DNA of 64,000 bases. Source: an uncultured Pseudobdellovibrionaceae bacterium (lineage in GTDB: Bacteria; Bdellovibrionota; Bdellovibrionia; Bdellovibrionales; UBA1609). This document shows positions 1-8,076 of this stretch, piece after piece. Position 1 is the stretch's first letter, and each line of letters opens with the position of its first letter. The translations under genes were made by a program, and so were the position numbers. The stretch is taken from assembly GCA_964453895.1 (NCBI GenBank), contig CAYVRZ010000022.1, positions 3,776-67,775 of the forward strand. The letters run 5' to 3'. The notes under the pieces are model-generated. The model was not told the origin of the DNA. It was given only the letters and a program-made list of their open reading frames with translations, and did no database searches.

Positions 1-1442
1 TCAAGCGCAAGCGTTACGGCATGACGAATATCGATAAAAGACTGATTGCAACTTCCATCAAATCCTAAGTGAACGATGTACCCATTCCATTCGCTCGCCT
101 CTCCCTCGCGCGGGATAAACAGTGCCTCACCGAACATTTGCGTGGGCGATGCATGGACACGATGTGGAACTTCGCGCTTCACGTCCCAGCACACGAGCGT
201 GTTCATGGCGAGCGGGTCGGCCGAATTTCTTTCTGATTCCAACATGTAGGTAAATCTGTGCGGCCGGCCTAAGCGGCGGGGGTCGATGGACGGAAAATCT
301 CCGGCGCGGCCGTCGCTGATGGCGCGTCGACTTAAAATTCGACCGGCGGTCGGGTTGATTTCAAAGCGGGTGATATACGTGGGCGGGACTGAAGGGAGCT
401 GATCGGCGGACCACGCTTTTACGAGGTCAAAGTTTTTATCGTTCGGGCAAAGAACCGTATCAAAAATCACATTGCCGCTGCGGCGATCTTCATAGGCGTT
501 GCAATGATGAAATACGGTTCCCGTCGGAGAACTGCTCAATCGCAGTGGCGCGCCCGTTCCGTCCTTACGGATCATCACGATCTCGAGAGGTTTGCTGTTG
601 TCGTATTTTAGGAGATCTGCAATCGGCCCCCACGATGCGGCGGCTCCCCAAAAATTGATATAAACCGGCGGGATTACAAAAATCAGATAATTTTCGGTGA
701 TCATCATGTCGTGAATTAAATAAAATTGCTCGATCGGGAAGCTCGCGACTCGGGTTAGAGTTCCCGTGGCGCGGTCGTGACGGAAGGTCACCACTTCTGG
801 ATTCAACGCTTGAGTAAAACCAAATGTATAAAGCTCGCCACTAACCGGATCTATTTTTGGATGCGCCGTTAGAGTCATGTTTTTGGGCAGAGTTTCGTTA
901 AATCGATAGACGCCCTCAGTAGCCAAAGTGGTTTTATTTAAAGCCACGGGCGGCCCGCCGTCTGAAAACGCGAGAACGCGGCCATCCAATTCCAGCACAC
1001 TCACATTTGGCGAATTTTTAAAACCTTTGGCCCATCCAGGACTCGCGGTACCAAATTCATGATACAGCATTTTTCCCTCAGCCCGCTCGGCTTGGCGCTC
1101 GGCACTGTCGACAAACGCGGAGCGCGCGCTCACGCCACCCGAGGCAAAATCAAACGCGGTCAAATGCGCATCACCGTCGAAGAGATGCTTAAGCTCCACT
1201 CCATAATTGGTTTTTGACCCCGGCCCGATTCGGTAGAGGGAGCCGTTTAAATCCAGAGGGATGCGACCTTCTACCAACCCCAACTCCCACGGCCCTTCGA
1301 TGTTCGTAGACTGATAGGCGTGCCAGCTTAGGCGGGATTCACGCCCGCCACTGGCAAACGCTCTGGGCAACCATGTTAACGGCGACGATAAAGCTAGTCC
1401 TGCGGCCGCAGCCGAGTGGCGCAAAAATTCACGACGTTGCAT
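1..1442 (-). CDS. Carotenoid/apocarotenoid cleavage oxygenase family protein (RPE65/CCO-like) with a twin-arginine signal. Partial: the C-terminus runs off the window start.
   Basis: My own reverse-strand translation starts at ATG 1442: MQRREFLRHSAAAAGLALSSP (Tat-type RREFL). It continues with LYRIGPG, FDGDAHL, LTAHPK, IHDMMITENY and FHHCNAYE, which resemble the His-ligand blocks of the CCO family. The ORF track omits it because no stop lies inside the window. Confidence 0.75.
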   Translation of the reverse strand, partial: MQRREFLRHSAAAAGLALSSPLTWLPRAFASGGRESRLSWHAYQSTNIEGPWELGLVEGRIPLDLNGSLYRIGPGSKTNYGVELKHLFDGDAHLTAFDFASGGVSARSAFVDSAERQAERAEGKMLYHEFGTASPGWAKGFKNSPNVSVLELDGRVLAFSDGGPPVALNKTTLATEGVYRFNETLPKNMTLTAHPKIDPVSGELYTFGFTQALNPEVVTFRHDRATGTLTRVASFPIEQFYLIHDMMITENYLIFVIPPVYINFWGAAASWGPIADLLKYDNSKPLEIVMIRKDGTGAPLRLSSSPTGTVFHHCNAYEDRRSGNVIFDTVLCPNDKNFDLVKAWSADQLPSVPPTYITRFEINPTAGRILSRRAISDGRAGDFPSIDPRRLGRPHRFTYMLESERNSADPLAMNTLVCWDVKREVPHRVHASPTQMFGEALFIPREGEASEWNGYIVHLGFDGSCNQSFIDIRHAVTLAL

Positions 1443-1523
1443 ACGTGTTTTCCCCCTAGGAATGGGGAAGCTATATCGAGAACTTTCGCTCGAGCGTTAT
1501 GCGATTTATTTCAAATTCAGAAA

Positions 1524-1539
1524 TTAGCGCGGGCGCTAA
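1524..1539 (-). terminator. Candidate intrinsic terminator downstream of the pilin-like gene
   Basis: TTAGCGC-GG-GCGCTAA forms a 7-bp GC-rich inverted repeat 9 nt past the stop at 1548. On the minus strand it is followed by TTTCTGAATTTGAAATAAA. Confidence 0.4.
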
Positions 1540-1547
1540 GGTATAAC

Positions 1548-2282
1548 TCAGTTCGATGGAGTCTCTGATTGGCAATAGGAAACCTGAGTCAGTACCCATG
1601 TGCCGTCGAGGCAAAGGAATCGTGCGCCTGGTCCCGTAGCTCCAGTGCTACAATAGGTTGGGACTGTAGTCCCTGAAGGTGAAGCCGGGGCATCGACGTT
1701 CATCGTACCTCCATCGCTTAAGGATGCGGCCGGGCAGGGCCGCAAATTTCCGCCGCCGGCCACCGGGGCGTCTTCAAACGAACAGTTCGAAATCACATTG
1801 CCCACACCGACTTGTATGATCGTACGAATACCGCGCACGAGCGACGGGCTAAACGCCCCCGGATGAGTCATCCGCAACTCTAGTGTGCCCGTGTAATTGG
1901 TGGGTGAAACCTGTTGCCGCGGGATCAGTGCAATTTGGTTTACGATTGTGCCAAGATTCAGGCGCTGGCCTTGGGCCACGATATTTTCATTGGTCAGGGC
2001 CGTTCCCGCGGCATCTACAAACCGAATCCGGTCGATGATCAAATCCATATTCAACGGCGGCAACGCTCTACCCGTAAAGTTGAGCCGGCACAAAGGGCTC
2101 AACCCGCCAAGATTGCGAATTTCGTTGGTCAGGTCCGTCACCTCGGCACGAGATTCTAAGGTCTTAATTCCCTTTTGCATCTGGTTCATATAGTTGGTGA
2201 CACCGGCGATTAAAACCCCGGCAACGCCGATCGCAACTATCACTGCAATAAGGGACTCGCCCCGCTGATTTTTCAAACCCAT
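1548..2282 (-). CDS. Pilin/pseudopilin-like protein with an atypical prepilin N-terminus
   Basis: N-terminus MGLKNQRG|ESLIAVIVAIGVAGVLIAGV is a short basic leader ending in Gly plus a hydrophobic helix, as in type IV prepilins. It has E at +1 and A at +5. The C-terminal part is Cys-containing. An alternative GTG start lies at 2297. Confidence 0.5.
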   Translation of the reverse strand: MGLKNQRGESLIAVIVAIGVAGVLIAGVTNYMNQMQKGIKTLESRAEVTDLTNEIRNLGGLSPLCRLNFTGRALPPLNMDLIIDRIRFVDAAGTALTNENIVAQGQRLNLGTIVNQIALIPRQQVSPTNYTGTLELRMTHPGAFSPSLVRGIRTIIQVGVGNVISNCSFEDAPVAGGGNLRPCPAASLSDGGTMNVDAPASPSGTTVPTYCSTGATGPGARFLCLDGTWVLTQVSYCQSETPSN

Positions 2283-2377
2283 AATTGATGCTTGCACTTT
2301 GCTTGGGGCCGGTCAATGCGCTCTTCCTCATTGACTTAGCCGCCTCCCCAAGTAGCCTTCTCTTAAGGGGAAAACTT

Positions 2378-3169
2378 ATGCGCGTAGTATTTGTTATTTT
2401 GATGTTGGGGTTTTCGAAACTAGCTCTCGGTAATTCTTCGATTCACATCATGCCCGGTTCCAAGTTTACCGTTGAAACATCGGTCCAGGGTTCAGAGGGC
2501 TACATCTTTATCAATGGCATGCAAGTGTCCCAGCCGGACTTCCTTAGCGGGTTTTGCTACATAGGATTTTTAAAAAACTTCGAAGCTTTGCCGCAAAATC
2601 TTATGCTTGAAATCGAAGGGGTGGATGGCCACTTCACTCGCAATTCACCAAGCCCGTATGACCGCTCTATGTACCAGACGGTGTTTCATTTCAAACAGAA
2701 CGACTACATTAATTTGATCGGCTGTCAGACTCCCACGGGAGTCCTCGAAGAAACGCCAATCGCGACGATGCATGCGCATTTAGGAAACATATTTTCCTAC
2801 AGCTTGAAATTAGATCCTTCGATTGATTCTGGGATCGGCCTCCCACTCACGCAGGTCCCCAACTCCTTATATTTCCGTGTTCCCGATGCTGATGAATTGT
2901 TGACGCCGAAGCTTGGAGCTTTAAACGGAAGTTGTTCTTGGGACCAGGCCTCGCCAAACCCGCAGCCACCCAAACCCGGCCGCAAATACGCCTATAAATG
3001 GATGTGGGGTGGTTACGACTACTCGGCCTACGACGGCAAGCTCAGGCATTACATCGATCTCTTTTTTGAGGACGATTATATGATTCGCTGTGGAACGAAC
3101 TCGACCGAGCCTATAACTTTCGAATTCATGCAGATGAAGCTCGATAAACAATTTATTTTTGCATACTAA
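2378..3169 (+). CDS. Hypothetical secreted protein
   Basis: ATG at 2378 follows AAGGGG. The signal-like N-terminus is MRVVFVILMLGFSKLALG. I recognise no domain. It looks lower in GC than its neighbours. Confidence 0.55.
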   Translation: MRVVFVILMLGFSKLALGNSSIHIMPGSKFTVETSVQGSEGYIFINGMQVSQPDFLSGFCYIGFLKNFEALPQNLMLEIEGVDGHFTRNSPSPYDRSMYQTVFHFKQNDYINLIGCQTPTGVLEETPIATMHAHLGNIFSYSLKLDPSIDSGIGLPLTQVPNSLYFRVPDADELLTPKLGALNGSCSWDQASPNPQPPKPGRKYAYKWMWGGYDYSAYDGKLRHYIDLFFEDDYMIRCGTNSTEPITFEFMQMKLDKQFIFAY

Positions 3170-3305
3170 GTTTACATTTCTCGCTCTACACAGATTTAAA
3201 GCCTGATGTAACTTTGCCCCAAAAGCGCGCGCCTGTCGCACGAGGAGGGGTACGCGCAAAATTCATTTACACAGACTCAGTTTCCAAAAACGATCCATCG
3301 AGCCC

Positions 3306-3358
3306 GCGACTCCCAGGCGCAACGCGTACAGCCTACGGCCTAGATCGTGGATGGGGTG
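3306..3358 (+). repeat. 53-bp intergenic repeat, copy A
   Basis: GCGACTCCCAGGCGCAACGCGTACAGCCTACGGCCTAGATCGTGGATGGGGTG. It shares a perfect 26-bp core (CGCAACGCGTACAGCCTACGGCCTAG) and the GTGGATGGGGTG tail with 7976-8028. CCATC/GATGG arms flank it. Confidence 0.7.
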
Positions 3359-3447
3359 TGGATGGCCGCGCGGAATCTCTCCGCCGCCGCGCCCGACTGC
3401 GACCCGACCTGCACCCGACCAAAGACCGATCCATCGCCAGCGCGAAC

Positions 3448-5184
3448 ATGCCGATAAGCCGCCATATGGAAACGCAAATTCGCTTCGGTGACTATCTAAA
3501 AGAGGTCACCGTCAGTCACACTGAAATTAGTTACCGTCATCTCACTCCGCAGATTGCTCAGAATCGCAAGGTGCAGCTGCGAGCCATGGATGTTTACCGC
3601 CTACTTACGCCCTATGTGAGTGTTCGGTTTATGGACCAACTCAAGGCGGTGGTTCCGCTCGCGGTTTATATGGGCCTGTTTCAGTACTTCGTTTTGCAGC
3701 AGAGTGTGGCCGACGCAAGTCTTGTGGGCGGCGGACTCTTCGCCGTGATGCTCGGATTGATGTTGTTTATGGAAGGCCTAAAGCTTGGCCTTATGCCGTT
3801 TGGCGAGACCATCGGCAACACGCTCCCTAAAAAGGCCCATCTTTGGGTTGTTCTGACGATCGCCTTTCTTCTTGGCGTTGGCGTTACCTTTGCGGAACCG
3901 GCCATCGGCGCTTTGCAAATCGCGGGTTCAACGGTTGATCCCGCGAAGGCTCCATATTTGTTTGCGCTTTTGACCACCTATTCGTCATACCTCGTGCTTG
4001 TGGTCGGCGCCGGAGTCGGACTCGCGGCGGTGCTTGGAACGATGCGATTTATTTATGGCTGGAGTTTAAAGCCGTTGGTCTATGCGAGTTTAATTCCCAC
4101 ATCTTTACTTTCCCTTTGGGCTCACTTTGATCCCGAGCTGAGCAAGATTGTCGGATTGGCGTGGGATTGCGGAGGCGTCACCACCGGGCCTGTGACAGTG
4201 CCCTTGGTCCTGGCTCTTGGCATTGGCGTGGCCTCGGCGGTCGGGAAGGGTGGCTCCACTCTCTCGGGTTTTGGTATCGTGACACTGGCGTCGATTTTCC
4301 CAATTCTCGGCGTTCTACTCCTCGCGATCGGAATCGCCGTTACCGTATCGCCAGCCGAAATTCTGGCCGCGGCCGAAGTTGCAAAACAGGCGGCGGCCCA
4401 GGCGCAACCCGCGTGGTATGAAGTTACGCCCGGGTTAGAAATCGTGATGGGCGCGCGGGCTATCATACCGCTCGTATTGTTTTTATTCGCGGTTTTGTTT
4501 TTTGTCCTTAAAGAAAAAATGCAAAATGCGGGCACCGTTCGCTACGGAATTACTCTGGCCGTGATTGGCATGATCGTTTTCAATCTCGGTTTAACGTATG
4601 GATTGGCCAAACTGGGCGACCAATCAGGGAGCCTTGTCCCTGGCGCCTTTACCAAGATTGATAAAATGAGTGAATCGCCATTGTATGGCACGATGATTGG
4701 CATTTCGATCGCGATCTTATTCGCGTGGTGTCTTGGCTTTGGCGCCACCTTGGCCGAGCCCGCACTAAATGCGCTTGGTTTAACGGTTGAGAATTTGACC
4801 AATGGTGCCTTTAAAAAATCCCTACTGATGTACGCGGTCGCCATTGGCGTTGGTCTGGGGATCGCCGTCGGCGTGGCCAAAATTATCTTCACCTTGCCGC
4901 TGACATGGATTTTAATTCCCGGATATGCCGTGGCGCTCTTGATGACCTATCTAAACTCCGAAGAATTTGTGAACATCGCATGGGATAGCGCGGGCGTGAC
5001 CACTGGTCCGGTGACGGTGCCGTTGGTTTTAGCGATGGGTCTCGGATTCGGCCATGCTGTTGGCGCGATTGAAGGATTTGGCATTCTGGCCGCCGCTTCG
5101 CTATTTCCGATTTTAACTGTTTTGGCCTGTGGCCTATATGTGCAATGGAAATCTAAACGTTTGGCAATGACCGAGGAGAACTAA
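3448..5184 (+). CDS. DUF1538-type polytopic membrane protein with an internal duplication
   Basis: Two homologous halves each carry WD(C/S)(G/A)GVTTGPVTVPLVLA(L/M)G. There are many TM segments. I moved the start from 3214 to ATG 3448 (or 3465) because 3214-3447 is the repeat/GC-rich spacer. Confidence 0.8.
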   Translation: MPISRHMETQIRFGDYLKEVTVSHTEISYRHLTPQIAQNRKVQLRAMDVYRLLTPYVSVRFMDQLKAVVPLAVYMGLFQYFVLQQSVADASLVGGGLFAVMLGLMLFMEGLKLGLMPFGETIGNTLPKKAHLWVVLTIAFLLGVGVTFAEPAIGALQIAGSTVDPAKAPYLFALLTTYSSYLVLVVGAGVGLAAVLGTMRFIYGWSLKPLVYASLIPTSLLSLWAHFDPELSKIVGLAWDCGGVTTGPVTVPLVLALGIGVASAVGKGGSTLSGFGIVTLASIFPILGVLLLAIGIAVTVSPAEILAAAEVAKQAAAQAQPAWYEVTPGLEIVMGARAIIPLVLFLFAVLFFVLKEKMQNAGTVRYGITLAVIGMIVFNLGLTYGLAKLGDQSGSLVPGAFTKIDKMSESPLYGTMIGISIAILFAWCLGFGATLAEPALNALGLTVENLTNGAFKKSLLMYAVAIGVGLGIAVGVAKIIFTLPLTWILIPGYAVALLMTYLNSEEFVNIAWDSAGVTTGPVTVPLVLAMGLGFGHAVGAIEGFGILAAASLFPILTVLACGLYVQWKSKRLAMTEEN

Positions 5185-5589
5185 ATGAGCCGTCGTAATT
5201 TAACCGTGTTGACCGATGTCTCACTGATCACGTGCATTGTTCAGCGAGGTCTGGCCGATCCCATCGTCAAGGCCGCGCGCGAGGCGGGGGCCCAGGGCGC
5301 GACTGTTTACTTTGCTCGAGGAACCGGAGTGCGAGAGCGCCTCGGAGTATTGGGCGTCGCAGTCGAAGTCGAAAAAGAAATTATCAATGTCGTCGTGGCC
5401 AGCGATCAGGTCGATTATATTTTTGAAAAGATGTTCTTAGCCGGAAAACTCGATACCCCGGGAATGGGATTTATTTACTGCGTGCCGCTCGAGAAAGCCG
5501 CGACTTATATTCCGCCTGCGATTTTAGAAAAACTGCAGAAAGAAACATCTTCGGTCGGCGACGAGCGCTCTCAGGAAAAGGCGGCCTAA
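5185..5589 (+). CDS. P-II-like signal transduction protein
   Basis: 134 aa, beginning 1 nt after the DUF1538 stop. It has a beta-alpha-beta pattern, a T-loop-like ARGTGVRERLG segment and a C-terminal TPGMGFIYCVPLEKA (compare the GDGKIFV.PV box of GlnB). Confidence 0.65.
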   Translation: MSRRNLTVLTDVSLITCIVQRGLADPIVKAAREAGAQGATVYFARGTGVRERLGVLGVAVEVEKEIINVVVASDQVDYIFEKMFLAGKLDTPGMGFIYCVPLEKAATYIPPAILEKLQKETSSVGDERSQEKAA

Positions 5590-5590
5590 G

Positions 5591-5908
5591 ATGCGGACGT
5601 CGGCGCAAAAATGCATCGTGCTGATCACGTCGCCTGGACGAGGCAGCCCCTTGGTTGAAAAGCTTTTTACCCATGGTCTGACCATGGTCGATCTCCATCA
5701 CGCCCGTGGCTCGGCCATTGGTGGCCCCACCGACCGCAAAGGCGTGCCCGTTGTTTTGGAACAAGAAATCGTAACCTGCGTAGTGCCCTCGCAAAAAGCC
5801 AACGAGGTTTTCGCCTTGATCCACGAATTGGGCGAGGTCAATCACCCCGGCGGCGGATTTATGTATATGCAAGATATTTCGCGCGGTACGCACATGGCGG
5901 TTGGATAG
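5591..5908 (+). CDS. Second P-II-like protein
   Basis: 105 aa, beginning 2 nt after the previous stop. Motifs HHARGSAIGG...VVLEQEIV and HPGGGFMYMQDI parallel the first paralog. Confidence 0.6.
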   Translation: MRTSAQKCIVLITSPGRGSPLVEKLFTHGLTMVDLHHARGSAIGGPTDRKGVPVVLEQEIVTCVVPSQKANEVFALIHELGEVNHPGGGFMYMQDISRGTHMAVG

Positions 5909-6234
5909 TTCGGCCCGCGCTTGCCGAAAGGCGCAGAGTAATTCAGCTCGCTCGAAAATGTGACGAGTGTACCCCAGACATTCGGCTTTCTGCGCCAAGC
6001 AATTCTAAATAATATTTGACGAAGAATTGGTGGCCCTGCCGCAAGCCTTGAGCTTTGCTTTTGGTTTTGTCACCAAGCTTGATCTGGTAATTTCGCAAAT
6101 CTCCCAAACGCAACCGCATTCTTTTTAAACATGTTTTGGGGAGCCATCGGGATGCCCGGCTGCGTTTTAGAAATTCGCCAAAATGTTGATTTTGAAAGCC
6201 GTGATATGAATTTTCTTTTCAAGGGAGGGTTTAA

Positions 6235-7176
6235 ATGAATCTCAAAAATATGTCAGATCAAGTCCTACTCGAAAGAACAGAAAATTTGGTTGCGCGCGAA
6301 CGCGAACTGCTCGGCGAAGTTTTACATCATTTAAAGGAAATCGAAAGGCGGCGTCTCTTTTCTCAGCTTGGGTACAAATCCATTTTTGACTATGCGACAA
6401 AAAAACTGGGCTATGCCGAAGATCAGGCCGCGCGTCGGATTTCAGCTATGCGACTTTTAAAAGAATTGCCCGAGATTGAGTCCAAGATCGCCGACGGCTC
6501 GTTGACTCTGACCAATCTGAGTATGGCTCAGACTTTGTTTCGCCAGGAAAGTAAAAGAGTGTCGGCCAGCATGGGCGATAGCGGCTTTAGCAAAGATAAA
6601 AAATTAGAGTTCTTATCCAAGATCGAGAACAAGTCCAAGCGGGAGGCGGAGAAAGTAGTCATCGCTCATTCTTCTGAGCCCGCGAAATTGTCAGCCGAAC
6701 GCATGCGAGCGGTGACGGACACGCATGTGGAAATCAAATTCATCGCCAGCAATGAACTGCAACAAAAGCTCAGCAAGATCAAAGGACTGCTCGCTCACTC
6801 ACATCCCAGTTTAAGTATGGCCGAGGCAATCAATTTGCTTTGCGATATTGCGATTCAAAATCTAGATCCTGCGGAGAAAGTGAAGGAGCGGGTAAAAAAA
6901 ACGGGGACAACCTCAAAATCACCCGCGCCGGACATTAAGCGTCGCATCACCGCAGGCGACCGTCGACAAGTTTGGAAGCGGGCTAGCAGTCAGTGCCAAA
7001 ACTGCGGCTCGACTCACGCACTTCAGATTGACCATATTCAGCCAAAGGCTTTGGGCGGATCCGATGAGGCACATAACCTCAGGCTCCTATGCCGACCATG
7101 CAACCAAAGAGCAGCGATCAATAGTTTAGGCCTGACTAAAATGCAGCGCTATTTGGATCGGCCCGCGGACGGCTGA
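6235..7176 (+). CDS. HNH endonuclease with a long helical N-terminal domain
   Basis: C-terminal CQNCGSTHALQIDHIQPKALGGSDEAHNLRLLCRPCN is an HNH/CxxC...CxxC motif. An AGGGAGGG RBS precedes the ATG. Confidence 0.8.
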   Translation: MNLKNMSDQVLLERTENLVARERELLGEVLHHLKEIERRRLFSQLGYKSIFDYATKKLGYAEDQAARRISAMRLLKELPEIESKIADGSLTLTNLSMAQTLFRQESKRVSASMGDSGFSKDKKLEFLSKIENKSKREAEKVVIAHSSEPAKLSAERMRAVTDTHVEIKFIASNELQQKLSKIKGLLAHSHPSLSMAEAINLLCDIAIQNLDPAEKVKERVKKTGTTSKSPAPDIKRRITAGDRRQVWKRASSQCQNCGSTHALQIDHIQPKALGGSDEAHNLRLLCRPCNQRAAINSLGLTKMQRYLDRPADG

Positions 7177-7257
7177 CATTCCTTTGTTGATCAATAGAGT
7201 ACCGAGCGTGACGATAGAAAAAAGACCAATGGCTTTTGAGATTGTGAGGGATTGTAA

Positions 7258-7899
7258 ATGGATAAAATTTTGGGTTTAGCGGTCGGCCTCGCAGTCTTGG
7301 TTGCTTGGAACTGGTCAAACCCATTCTTTAAAGTAACCGTTAGGAACCACTTCCGCGCTGTTAAACTTCTGAATTACGAAACAGTATTACCCGATTGGAG
7401 CGGCGGGCCACATTATCTAATTCTGCAAGGGAGTGATTTATTGGCTCCGACCAATAAAACGCTTACCGAGTGGCAGCATTTTACAAAGGATTTACGGACA
7501 TGGTCGAAGCGAGTAGTTACAGGCAATCGCTCCTTATTCGACTCCTATTGCAATAGGCTTATCTATTATCCCAGATGGGCTACCGGAAGAGAGATTGAGT
7601 GTCCAATCAAGCAGCCAAATCTCGAAAGCCTAGGTTTTCCGACTTTTGACGGAGTTAATATCCGCTTAGTGGTCAAATTCGGTGAAATATACTTTGTGCA
7701 TTACAGGGAACCTGCTGAGTACTTTCCTGATCAACGATTTCTACTTTTTCGAAAAGGTTCAGACGGAAAGCTCTCCATCTTTAGAGAATTGCTGATTCCT
7801 CCTACAGGGAATAGTTGTGGCTTCAAGCACGCCGATTTGAGCGATCGCGCCGTCGCGATCAGCGGATGCAAAGAGATTTTTATTTTCACGTTCGAATAA
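7258..7899 (+). CDS. Hypothetical membrane-anchored or secreted protein
   Basis: 213-aa ORF with hydrophobic N-terminus ILGLAVGLAVLVAW. I recognise no motif. A 60-nt sample counted about 47% GC against about 58% in carB. Confidence 0.45.
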   Translation: MDKILGLAVGLAVLVAWNWSNPFFKVTVRNHFRAVKLLNYETVLPDWSGGPHYLILQGSDLLAPTNKTLTEWQHFTKDLRTWSKRVVTGNRSLFDSYCNRLIYYPRWATGREIECPIKQPNLESLGFPTFDGVNIRLVVKFGEIYFVHYREPAEYFPDQRFLLFRKGSDGKLSIFRELLIPPTGNSCGFKHADLSDRAVAISGCKEIFIFTFE

Positions 7900-7975
7900 A
7901 AACACTCGTTTGCCGACCCGTCGCAGAGTCAAAAGTCACAGAGATATTGATTTCGTCTATCCATCCATCAACCAG

Positions 7976-8028
7976 GCGACTATCGCCCGCAACGCGTACA
8001 GCCTACGGCCTAGTTTGTGGATGGGGTG
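7976..8028 (+). repeat. 53-bp intergenic repeat, copy B
   Basis: GCGACTATCGCCCGCAACGCGTACAGCCTACGGCCTAGTTTGTGGATGGGGTG, in the same orientation as copy A. ATCCATCCATCA upstream pairs with GTGGATGG. Confidence 0.7.
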
Positions 8029-8076
8029 AGTATGAATGTGGGGAATCCGGCTCGGTCCCAGATCCGCCGAGAGACA

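Noticed and set aside
2298-2377. Search for sigma-54 (-24 GG / -12 GC) promoters here and in the other intergenic regions (6000-6234, 9181-9307, 14115-14185, 22259-22339, 34443-34621, 39740-39801, 53889-53957)
   Set aside because: Only weak matches turned up: GGGGCC-N5-ATGCG near 2311-2327, GGGATG-N5-CTGCG near 6150 and TGGCGG-N5-TTTAA near 53901. Each has 3 or more mismatches to TGGCAC-N5-TTGCA, which is not enough to call by eye.
3214-3447. N-terminal 78-aa extension of the DUF1538 ORF as listed in the ORF track
   Set aside because: The stretch translates the 53-bp repeat (ATRTAYGL..GWG also appears in a spurious ORF at copy B) and Arg/Pro-rich GC spacer. The hydrophobic protein begins sensibly at ATG 3448 or 3465.
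5471-5998. 175-aa minus-strand ORF
   Set aside because: It is antisense to both P-II-like genes, has an Arg-rich composition typical of an off-frame GC-rich translation, and shows no motif.
5999-6234. Possible 59-aa minus-strand ORF (MRLRLGDLRNYQIKLGDKTKSKAQGL...) in the spacer upstream of the HNH gene
   Set aside because: It is below the ORF cutoff, has no RBS or recognisable family, and could be chance. I left the spacer unannotated.
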